Source of the DNA: Vannella sp.
Lineage: Eukaryota
Length of the DNA: 33,920 nt
NCBI GenBank assembly: GCA_023345925.1
Contig: JAJQQN010000617.1
Coordinates: forward strand, 1-33,920
Reading direction: 5' to 3'
Below the pieces are notes generated by a model. The model searched no databases. It was not told the origin of the DNA and saw only the letters and a list, made by a program, of their open reading frames with translations. The translations under genes and the position numbers were made by a program. Shown here piece by piece: positions 1-9,296 of the stretch; positions within the stretch are counted from its first letter, which is position 1, and each line of letters opens with the position of its first letter.

Positions 1-754
1 CTGCGTGCTCAGGGAGTGCGTAGCAGGGCTGTAGTTGCACAAATAGTGATAGCAGTGTGTATTCTCTCTATTCATATGCAGCAAGCGTCATGAAATACAA
101 CCGGGTCTCGGTCCGAGGGGGGGGCCAAATTACAATGAAAATGAGGGGCCACGATCCAAATTCGGACTTATTGGGGCTAGAATAATGTTCTGGGGGCATT
201 GAGTGACACCAGCCGATACAACTCAGTTACACACCACAACCTCATGGTCTCAATAACCCATGAAGGCCCAACACAGTCATTGATGTGGGGCTGAGCAAGG
301 GGGTTTGAAACTGACGAATCACCTCTTTATCTTTCATCCTCCCTCTCATGGTTCAGGAAGAATGTTCTTTAAGGGAAGCAATATCTCGGTGGAGCACTTT
401 CCCGCATCTGGACCCCCAGAAATGGGCAAAAGGGGACTTTGTGACCTATCCCTCACACTTGCACACAATTGAACAAACAGTCGATAAGAGACTGCTTTAC
501 ACACACAAACTGACACAGTCGAGACCTTTTCTCCGCATTCTAGGAAATCCCTAACCTCCACCTTTCTCATTCCTTTCATCGATGTACTAACGCTCAAGTT
601 CTGTTCGCGTCTCGTTCGATAACAACGAGGGGGTGAGTTCTCAACAATCGTAGAGAAAGAGGCACATGTGGGCCTTCAGCAATAAAAGCATCATAAGTGA
701 GCTCAAAAATGGAAGTTTCTCAGAGTCCTTTTTGATTGACTGATAAAAAACGAG

Positions 755-782
755 CCAATAGCTGATGTTCTCGGTCTATAAA
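755..782 (+). promoter_or_regulatory. Putative CCAAT (755-759) and TATA box (TATAAA 777-782) upstream of the surface protein gene
   Basis: CCAAT and TATAAA lie 40-70 bp before ATG 823, followed by a pyrimidine-rich leader. Confidence 0.45.
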
Positions 783-822
783 GGCTTGTTCTTCTTCTTT
801 GTAGCACAGTTCTCTTTCAACA

Positions 823-2598
823 ATGATGAGAGGGCTTACTTTCATCGTTCTTCTTCTGGCGTGTTCCGCTCTGGCTCAGAATGTAGCTGATCGTTTCACC
901 ATTGACGACTTCACCCTCAACGTTGACCAAAAGGTTAAAATTACTGTTGCAAGTGTGTTGACGGCATCGAATCCCAAGGTAATTGATGGTTCAACATCAT
1001 TCCTTGCGGGTTGTGACGGTAATAGTTTAATCGGCTGTGGTCGTGACATGAGAATTGAAATCTCTGAATCTCCTGCTGGCAGAGAATTCACCTCTCAGAT
1101 CTTCGCATCCTCTACCTTCGATTTCAAGGGAGAATGGGCTATTTCCAATCCCAAGAACGGAAAATCCATTAGCTACCTTCAGTATGATGGAAATGACACT
1201 GCATTCGACAAGATCCTCATCACTGGACTCGGATCTGTTGATTTCACAGAAAACGGTCTTGCTGAAGGTATCCGATTCTACTGCCTGTCTGATTTGGTGT
1301 CAACTTTTTCGATTGAATTGTACGACACCAACGGAGTTATCTGTAAGGGAACCACTTCCTTTGCGGTCTTTAGTGGCGGAGCTGGTTCCTACACTAAGGC
1401 ACAAATTCAACGTGACATCAAGTACTCTGCCATGACTGGTTCTTGCAACAAGAAACAAGTTGGTGCTGCAGAACTCCAAATCCCTTCCAATGATGCCGTT
1501 GATGCTACTGTCTACACTATCCGAGCTTTCGGTGTGCCCAACCCATCCTCAACTCCATCCAACACGCCAACTCGCACTTTAAGCCCAGGTCCATCTGTAT
1601 CTGCATCTGAGTCCCGTTCACTCTCTGCTTCGAGATCCGAATCATTGTCCTCCTCTGAAAGTCGTTCCGCATCTGCTTCCCGCTCCGAGACACCCGCTCC
1701 TTCCCAGTCTGCCTCGGAATCTCGCTCCCTCTCAGGATCCAGATCCGAGTCTCTCTCTTCCTCTGAAAGCCGTTCCGCCTCGGCTTCCCGGTCCGAGACA
1801 CCCGCTCCTTCCCAGTCTGCCTCGGAATCCCGCTCCCTCTCTGGCTCTAGATCCGAGTCTCTCTCTGCCTCTGAATCGCGCTCCAACACTCCTACCCCTT
1901 CTGAGTCTCGCTCTGCTTCTGGATCCAGATCTGAATCTGCTGCTCCCTCCGAGTCTCGCACTCCTACCCCTTCTCCCACTGAGAGCCGCTCTGAATCTGC
2001 AACTCCTTCCGAATCCCGAACTCCCTCAGCTTCTCCATCCGAAACTCCAGCTGAGTCCTCTACTCCCTCGGAATCTCGCACCCCTACCCCTTCGCCTTCT
2101 GAGACTCCGGCCCCAAGCGAGACCCCTTCCCCTACTCCTTCCGAATCTGGACCGTGTATCGTTCTGTGCCAGTGCCCTGACTTCACTTGTGCGCTCCTGT
2201 TCGACAATCCCCTCAGCAGCAATGAGATCGACTTCAACTTCCGCCCTGGCCAGCAGTTGAACGATAAGAGCCGCTCTATCGTTTATGTCACTGTTTCCAA
2301 CCCTACTGTTTCCGTCCCCACCGTGTCCATTCCAACAGTTACCCTCCCAACAGTTACCCTCCCAACAGTTACCCTCCCAACCGTTACCCTCCCAACCGTT
2401 ACCCTCCCAACTGTCTCTGTTCCTTCCAACAGTGGAAATGGCAACAGCGGCAACGGCAACAGTGCCAACGGCAATGGCAATGGTAATAGTGGCAACGTCA
2501 ATGGCAACAGCGGTAATGGCAACAATGCTAATGGAAACAACAGCTCCAGCTCTGTTATTGCTGCTTCTATCTTGCTCGCGTTCGTCATTCTCTTCTAA
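823..2598 (+). CDS. Secreted, probably GPI-anchored Ser/Thr/Pro-rich (mucin-like) cell-surface protein, 591 aa, intronless
   Basis: Signal peptide MMRGLTFIVLLLACSALA; Cys-containing globular N-domain; long SESRS/ETP stalk; small Cys motif CIVLCQCPDFTC; PTVTL and N/G repeats; hydrophobic C-terminus SSSSVIAASILLAFVILF with no cytosolic tail. Confidence 0.85.
   Translation: MMRGLTFIVLLLACSALAQNVADRFTIDDFTLNVDQKVKITVASVLTASNPKVIDGSTSFLAGCDGNSLIGCGRDMRIEISESPAGREFTSQIFASSTFDFKGEWAISNPKNGKSISYLQYDGNDTAFDKILITGLGSVDFTENGLAEGIRFYCLSDLVSTFSIELYDTNGVICKGTTSFAVFSGGAGSYTKAQIQRDIKYSAMTGSCNKKQVGAAELQIPSNDAVDATVYTIRAFGVPNPSSTPSNTPTRTLSPGPSVSASESRSLSASRSESLSSSESRSASASRSETPAPSQSASESRSLSGSRSESLSSSESRSASASRSETPAPSQSASESRSLSGSRSESLSASESRSNTPTPSESRSASGSRSESAAPSESRTPTPSPTESRSESATPSESRTPSASPSETPAESSTPSESRTPTPSPSETPAPSETPSPTPSESGPCIVLCQCPDFTCALLFDNPLSSNEIDFNFRPGQQLNDKSRSIVYVTVSNPTVSVPTVSIPTVTLPTVTLPTVTLPTVTLPTVTLPTVSVPSNSGNGNSGNGNSANGNGNGNSGNVNGNSGNGNNANGNNSSSSVIAASILLAFVILF
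1600..1883 (+). repeat. Coding tandem repeat, 108-bp unit (36 aa SASESRSLSGSRSESLSSSESRSASASRSETPAPSQ), about 2.6 copies
   Basis: Visible in protein and DNA, e.g. gagacacccgctccttcccagtctgcctcggaatc occurs twice, 108 bp apart. Confidence 0.85.
2302..2421 (+). repeat. Coding 15-bp minisatellite, 8 units of PTV(S/T)(V/I/L)
   Basis: Units of the type ccaacagttaccctc / ccaaccgttaccctc. Confidence 0.9.
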
Positions 2599-2886
2599 GT
2601 AGCTAAGAATAATGAATAAAGTCCAATAGCTAGCTATTAACCCAAGTTTGTGATCACGTCATGCGTTCAAGGCAGAAGCATTTTTCATAAACAAGCTCAC
2701 CGACTCAGATACAGAGGATTCATTTCGAGTCTAGTGCAAAATGGACTGTACCTGTTTGATCCATATCACCATGCCACCCGGAAAGAAATGTAAGTTCCAT
2801 CTTGTCTCAGAAGAAGGTGACCTTGACAGCAGGTGATGGCTTGACATGACTACTTCTTTGCGCTCTGACACGGGACGGGAGAATCT

Positions 2887-2948
2887 TCATCTCTAACACT
2901 GATAAGGCATCAATGCCCTAATTCTCATCTCTAACACTGATAAGGCAT
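2887..2948. repeat. Perfect 24-bp intergenic direct repeat (tcatctctaacactgataaggcat) with a 14-bp spacer
   Basis: Copies at 2887-2910 and 2925-2948. Confidence 0.9.
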
Positions 2949-3196
2949 TTCCACGACAGCTCAAACACAATCCGGAGTTATAACCAACTAGAACAGCCTA
3001 CTGGTCGAGCGTGGAAAGGAACGGGAGGGCTAAGGTTGAAGGTACACAACCATCTCAAGGTGGGGCTTTGCCCGTGGACAAGCAGGCATGGGCTAAGAAT
3101 CCGCGATTTCCCCCATGCTTTTATAAATACAAACCCAGTTTCCACAAATAAAAGTAATTTAATCGCCTAAATCTGGTGCTTCAATTGGTTCCTAAT

Positions 3197-5113
3197 ATGT
3201 TTCAGCCATCTTTGGCGCGCGCTGTGTGGATGGCGGCACTTTCTCCCACGACACATCCTGATTTTGTGTGTGCTGCACAGGCAACTGGAGAGGCATTCAA
3301 CCTACTTCCTCATGTCATTGAGGCTGGTTTGTGGCTCTTCACGTCATTCCGCCGTTCCGGATCTGAATCGGAAGTGCCGCCCCATCTCGTTGCTTTGGCT
3401 TGTTTGTTTCTTTCAGAGCAGAGGATGGTCCCAATGTCTCTTACTCTTTCCATCCCAAGTTTAGTCAGTCATCTCCTCAGAGACCACACGGAGGCTGGTG
3501 AAGAAGGACATGATCCAAACAAAGTTGAGGAAGAGATTCAAAAGGGCGTAGAAGACATCTTGGGCTTCATCAGAGCGTCTGCATATGAGTTCCCCACAAG
3601 TTCAGCCTTTAGCTCCCTCTTAGTCTTGATTAACGGACTTTTCGGAGGACCTTCCTGGAAAAAGAGTGCGTTTGCTTCAGAGGCTCTTTTACCTATTGCG
3701 ATGGGAGTGCTCCATGACATGTTTCGCTCTTATCGCTGTATAGATTTTCACCCAGAACACTGGGCCATCGCTGCTCTTCACTACTCTCTTTGCAACTACC
3801 TCTGCCAAGTACGCGCTTTTCATGACCACGATCATTCATTTGAGCTCACAATGTGTCCAGGACTTTTCCATGAAAGGAATCGCTGCAACTTGGAAGAGAT
3901 GGGTACAGAATGGGGTGCGCTGGTGGGTCAACTTGGAACAAGAGGGCCTTCCCAAGTTCGCCCCCAAACCCATCTTGGAAGTCCTCCTTTCTGATGTTTA
4001 CACTCAAGTGGTCCCAGAGTCTACCTTGTATAAGTTCCTTTTGCACCCCTCCCTGACAGCTAAAGTAGTCCCCGCGTTGCCTCTTGCAACGGATGGCGAG
4101 GTGACATTCAAAGGAACGTCAGTGGAGAGGCTGACCTGCCCTCCCTTCGCAATCAAGTCGAATCCTTCGTCACCTCTCTTGCATCAAGCGGTTAGTACGA
4201 AGGGTCTGCTTCAAGTTCGCTTTATGATTGAGGAGGAACGGTGTGACGCAACGGAGCTCCGAGCATGGGATTCCTGCTCTGCTTTGTTTTTAGCGGCAGA
4301 GAAGGGAGACAAAAGCATTGTGCAGTATCTTCTTCAGCACTACAAAGCTCAAGGTGCTCTCAGCTCGATGATCAACGCTCCCAAAGCTACTGGTGCCACC
4401 CCTCTCCACGTGGCAAGCTTTCTCGGCCATCAAGAGGTTGTTGAGATTCTCTTGAGTGAGGGAGCAGAGGTCAACACTCAATTGGCTACGAACTCAAACA
4501 CTCCCTTATACGACGCAATCAACCAAGGGCAGATAGCGATTGCAGAACTATTGCTGAGCAAAGGAGCTCGCCCTGACATACTTTGTGTCAACGGAGGGGT
4601 CTGCATGCATGCTGCAGCCTTTTCTGATTCCGCCATGATGATCGCTCGCATCACCCAGATTGCCCCAGCCACACTTCAGGCCCGTGTAGGTTTGGTGCCT
4701 CTGTACACGATGCCAACCTAACCTCACTCTTGTAGAAAGCACCTTATGGAGAAACTCCTCTTCTGATTGCAGTACAAGCAGGACGCCTCCGCGCAGCGGA
4801 GCAATTGTTGCTCCTCGGGGCTCATCCTGAAGCAGCAGACTTTCGCTTTGGGGCTTTCCAGTTTGAAGCGTTCCAGGGGCTCACAGCATGGCATTGCGTC
4901 CTTTTCAAATCAGACGCTTCAATGCTCCAAGCTCTCTTAGCGTCTGGCGCAATACCGGATGCGAGTGTCCTTCAGCTCAACAATTTGAACCGAGTTTATC
5001 AATCTCTTGTGCGCCCTTCTGCTGCTCGCCCTCCCTCTGATGATGAGTATGACGGTGAGGAAGAACCAGCAGTCAAGAAACAGCGGGGAAGAAAGAATAA
5101 GTCAAAATCCTAG
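3197..5113 (+). CDS. Cyclin-like-fold plus ankyrin-repeat protein; introns 3809-3860 and 4686-4735
   Basis: Two GT-AG introns join three ORFs in frame. N-half has cyclin-box-like HLVALACLFLS and DFHPEHWAIAALHYS; C-half has ankyrin motifs (SALFLAA, GATPLHVA, NTPLYDA, GETPLLIA) and a basic NLS-like tail. Start codon uncertain (3197, or 3230 if 3154-3205 is a 5'UTR intron). Confidence 0.75.
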
Positions 5114-5208
5114 GTCTTCGTCGAACCCTTAAAATACAAAGAAACTCTCTTTCAGAAATTGAATAATCGCCACCTTGTTCCCCATTTCTTCTCTGCCTTG
5201 CCTGCTCC

Positions 5209-6162
5209 ATGAAAGAGTGCGTTCTTCTGCACTTTCCTTCGATGGGGGGGCTTGCAGACGAGTTGATGGCTGAGCCAGTAATGTCAGGAGGACAGGTGAG
5301 GCGAGGATCAATCAAGTGGTCTGACTTTCCTGATGGGTTTCCCAACCTCTTCATCGAGAACGCCAGTCAACTTGCAGGGAAACGCGTAGTCATCCTACTC
5401 TCCTTCCATGACAAGGCCACCCTCTTCGAGCAGATCTCTGTCCTCTACACACTCCCCCGTCTGTCAGTCCGATCACTGACCATTGTGCTATCGTACTTCC
5501 CAACAGGGACTATGGAGCGAGTAGACACTATTGGGCAAGTAGCTACCGCCAAGAGTTTGAGCAGGATGCTGTCCAGTATCCCGTCTGCGTCCCGAGGACC
5601 TCCCCATGTCGTTATATTCGATATCCACGCACTTCAGGAGCAGTTCTACTTCGCTGATAACATTCTACCTCACCTGCTCACCGCCACTCCCCTTCTCATG
5701 CAGGAGGTGGAGAAATTCTCCGATCGCGAGAGTGTTTCCATAGCCTTCCCGGACGAGGGGGCTTACAAACGCTTCCATCGGCTGCTACCATCATTTCCCA
5801 CGATCACTTGCATGAAGGTTCGCGAAGGGAATCAGAGAAAAGTCACCATTGTCGAGGGAGAAGCGAAAGGGAGACATGTCATCATCGTCGACGACCTCGT
5901 CCAATCCGGTGGAACGCTGATGGAGTGCAAGAATGAGTTGATTGCTAGGGGAGCCGGAAGGGTCTCCTGTTTTGTTCCTCACGCAGTCTTCCCCAACGGA
6001 TCTTGGAAGCGATTTGCAGAGGAGGAAGCCGCTACCCGCTTTGCCAACTTCTTCGTGACCAATTCATGTCCTGAAGTTACTTCCCTTCTTCAGGGTGAAC
6101 CCCCTTTCCACGTTCTCTCCCTTGCTCCATTGATTGCAGGCTTCTTGAAGCACAATCTTTGA
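5209..6162 (+). CDS. PRS: Ribose-phosphate pyrophosphokinase, class II (plant PRS3/PRS4-like), intronless
   Basis: WSDFPDGFPNLFI, YFPTGTMERV, DIHALQEQFYF, AFPDEGAYKRF and the PRPP-binding loop VIIVDDLVQSGGTL. Confidence 0.93.
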   Translation: MKECVLLHFPSMGGLADELMAEPVMSGGQVRRGSIKWSDFPDGFPNLFIENASQLAGKRVVILLSFHDKATLFEQISVLYTLPRLSVRSLTIVLSYFPTGTMERVDTIGQVATAKSLSRMLSSIPSASRGPPHVVIFDIHALQEQFYFADNILPHLLTATPLLMQEVEKFSDRESVSIAFPDEGAYKRFHRLLPSFPTITCMKVREGNQRKVTIVEGEAKGRHVIIVDDLVQSGGTLMECKNELIARGAGRVSCFVPHAVFPNGSWKRFAEEEAATRFANFFVTNSCPEVTSLLQGEPPFHVLSLAPLIAGFLKHNL

Positions 6163-6439
6163 GGAATCCAGGATGTCCAAGACGGGTTCTTATCAACTTA
6201 AACCTTCGTTTATCACTTAGTCAGTCCGCCATCACAAGTCAGGTCTGTTGGGTTTGTCACACTTCTCTTCTGTGAGCATTTAAGTCTTCCCAAGCCTCAT
6301 CGACCTTCACTTGTCCAGGCGAGTTCAGTTTACCACCTGATCCAGTCCACATACGATTGGCAAGAGGACCCCAATTCGGGCTTCCGCCGCCCATAACCAA
6401 TTTTCAACCAGAGAGTCTTAATACATATACATATCGGTC

Positions 6440-8004
6440 TTATGAGGATTCCTGGTCTCCTTCTGGCTCCCCAACAAGCCTTGCTCGGCGTTCCAGTCGC
6501 AGGTGGGACTCTGATGCACAGAAATCCAGAATACTGAGTGAGACTAACGCGATTAGGACTAAAGAAGCAAAAGAGATCGACTAAAAGGCCAACCATCTTA
6601 GAACTTGGGAGTACGGAAAGAATTGGGTCTCACCAGTTGGCATTTGCCTGATTCCTTTCCTACATTCTCGTAAATCCGACAAACAGGGTTGATGCACTTA
6701 TTTCGAGATGATTGGTATTGCTGGTCGCCTTTGCATATCTTTGGAACTGGACAAAGGCTCTCCGAGAATGTAACATTTGGGTTCGGAAATGGATGAAGCC
6801 CCACTCTCCCCTCGTCGATATTGATGGCTGTGTAGAATTGCTCAAAAGCCATCAGCCCAAAGATGATCTTGTCCTTTGTGTGGGACTGAAACTTATCACT
6901 TTGAACAACACAAAGGAAGGCCCGGTAGGCCAGGTCGTCTTTTCCTCTCTCCAAAACCAATGAAGTGACCAAAGAAGAGAGTTGTAAACGGAGCTCAGGC
7001 CCTTCTTGAGACAATCGGAATGCTAATGAGGGTAGTTGGTTCACTTGTTCTCGATCTTCGAAGCGGCAAGTGATCTGGCCACCCTGTAAATCACCAGATA
7101 CCTCCCAGCAATAGTCCTCCAACCAAGCTAATACGAGGGAAAAGAGACTACGTGAAAGCCCTAAGCAGTTATGGGAAGTCACGAACTGAGCTGTGGTGAA
7201 TGCTGTGCTTGTTTGCAGCTCAGCACCACAAATAGACACTCCATAAAATGGTGCCTCAATGAATACTGGATCTGCCACGCCGATGTTAGTCTGTTGCTCT
7301 GACCAGACCATGTCCTCTGCATGCTCATATCCTCCTAGATGCAGAAAGCTCTCTCTCTGGCTCCCACCGAACTGAATGCCATAAACGAGCGGCCAGTCTG
7401 GGGGCAGCATTCCTGTCCACATATCGAAGCTATCTACTCCCCCTCTTATCAGCGACCTTTCTCACAAACAGGCGAGCTTACTATCGTCATAGCTCATGTA
7501 ACCTAAGCCCAAATAGCCGTCCACGTTCGTGAGCTGCCCAAGTACATAAGAATTGTAAGTGGTCAGACAGTACCGCGTTGTCGTAGTATAGTTGAGCGCT
7601 TGAAACCCTATCTGGTCCTCATAAATGTGGCAGAAGCTATCTACACTGGCGGATGTGGGTGCTGAAGTAGTGGATGCCCTCTGGTCGAAGCAATTCATCA
7701 CGTTGCTTGGGCACGACGCAGCTGCAACAAACACAGAAAAGTCAAGTTCGGTATCTAAGATAGCACGTTGCGTCTACGCAGAATCGTCAGTGACGTCGCG
7801 ATCCCTTTGTATGTTCCTCACCTGCGGTGGGGTCCCAACAGAGAGCTCCACAAAGTACACGTTCTCTGCAATAGCCTTATGGATATGCGCCCGGCCCAAT
7901 GGCGGTGAGAATACACGTTTGGGCGTGTAGAGAACAGCGCAGCAGAGAGATACCAGCAAGAGCCCCACAAAGACAGAGCTCACCCCTGACACCGGCCTCA
8001 TCAT
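6440..8004 (-). CDS. Pepsin-family (A1) aspartic-protease-like type I membrane protein, probably catalytically inactive; introns 7774-7821, 7434-7481, 6581-6633
   Basis: Signal peptide; YFVELSVGTPPQ-TQRAILDTE; DGYLGLGY; IIFGLMAFEQFYTAINIDEGRVG (equivalent to ILGDVFLRQYYTVFD..NNRVG); Cys-rich linker; last exon encodes TM helix SISFASLVLIALVSLSIL; stop at 6440-6442. Confidence 0.8.
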
Positions 8005-8096
8005 GAACTGATCAGTTGGTTATAAAAAAGATTTTCTTTTCAAAGTCATCCCTCTCAATTGTGAAGAAGCTATTCTTTGACTGTCTTGTCGGGTCG

Positions 8097-8505
8097 ATGA
8101 GCAACCCGCTGCCCTTCAAGCCAGTCTCCGTCCCCGAAGATCATGATCCCACTCTATTTCGTGGCATAACACAATCCGCTTTGGAAGTAATAAGCGAACC
8201 GATGGGGAGGGCGTGTGTGGATCGGAACACGGACTTTTTGCGCTGTCGTGCTGCCAACGAATCCCCTTCGGCCTGCAAGGAGCAAGGATTCGCCGCGCAG
8301 CGCTGCGTGAACCAAGTGTGAGAAGAAATCTCTTGTTACAGCAACACTACTCACATGAGCGAGCAGATACGACGATCTGTCGGGACTCCATGAGTTCGTC
8401 AACTACCGAGAGTGCCTGGAAAAGAAGAACTTCTTCCGCGACCACTGCGAAACAGAGAAGAAGAAGTTTCGAGAAGTACTTCAAAGGACCAAGTACGCCA
8501 AGTAA
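8097..8505 (+). CDS. NDUFA8: NADH dehydrogenase (complex I) subunit NDUFA8-like CX9C protein; intron 8318-8366
   Basis: MGRACVDRNTDFLRCRAANESPSACKEQGFAAQRCV matches the NDUFA8 CX9C pattern; exon 2 adds YRECLEKKNFFRDHC. Confidence 0.75.
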
Positions 8506-8595
8506 TGCGATGTGAACGTGCAATGAAGACTAGAACCATCATCAACACAGAAGAAAGAAGAGACATGTATTACCAAGGGAGACACCAGAGAAGGG

Positions 8596-9200
8596 TTAAC
8601 GCTGGACCTTTTCGATGACGTTTTTGAAAGATGAGAGGCGGTCCTCTTGGTTCTGCAGATTGTTCTGTGCCTGAATCGCTTCGCAGATGTCCGTGAGGTT
8701 AGTTTCAAGGACCATTCCTCCCATGACGATTTCGTCGAGGACATGATGAGCCAAGTCCATGCGGAAAATGAGGTCCAACTCGCACACATCACTGAAGCTC
8801 TTGTCAAGAGCCTCCACGAAGACCTGGATCAAGTCTAGGATTCCCAGTTCACTCTCAGATTGATCTACAACGAAGACAAAGTACAGAGTAGCGTAATGGC
8901 GGTAGATGACTTTGGTGTCCTTGCATGAAGAGGTTAGGAAGGGAGAGTCTCGTCTAAATCACGCACTTTGCCCCATTTGCCATCAGCTGGGGTCTCAAGG
9001 AAGTTGCAAGCGTAATCTGAACGCTTAGAAAGCTGCTGGTAGATCTCTCGGATGAGTTGTTGCTCCTCTTGAGGGGCCTTCCCCAACGCCAACATCAGCA
9101 CCCACACACAAACAACCTTTGAGGGCCTTACGTAATGCTCATAGAACTTGCTGAGGCGCACCTTGCCGTGGTTGTTCACGATGATAACCGACTTGATCAT
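8596..9200 (-). CDS. AP3S: AP-3 adaptor complex sigma subunit; introns 9078-9131 and 8920-8966
   Basis: MIKSVIIVNNHGKVRLSKFY, IYRHYATLYFVFVVDQSESELGILDLIQVFVEALDKSF, VCELDLIF, LDEIVMGGMVLETN. Confidence 0.93.
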
Positions 9201-9296
9201 GATGACAAGCGCAGCAGTTCCCGAGGACAACAAATGAGGGCGTCTTGGATTAATGTGAAAAGGGCAGGATTTGGGACATTAGTCGGTGGCCAGCGA

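Noticed and set aside
346..597. Short ORFs on both strands in the first 600 bp
   Set aside because: No recognisable motifs and no convincing splice model
1512..2588. Long antisense ORFs over the surface-protein repeats
   Set aside because: Shadows of low-complexity codon usage on the plus strand
2640..3170. Possible ncRNA or CRISPR-like array in the large intergenic region
   Set aside because: Only two repeat copies with a 14-bp spacer in eukaryotic DNA; no tRNA, snRNA or C/D-box pattern recognised
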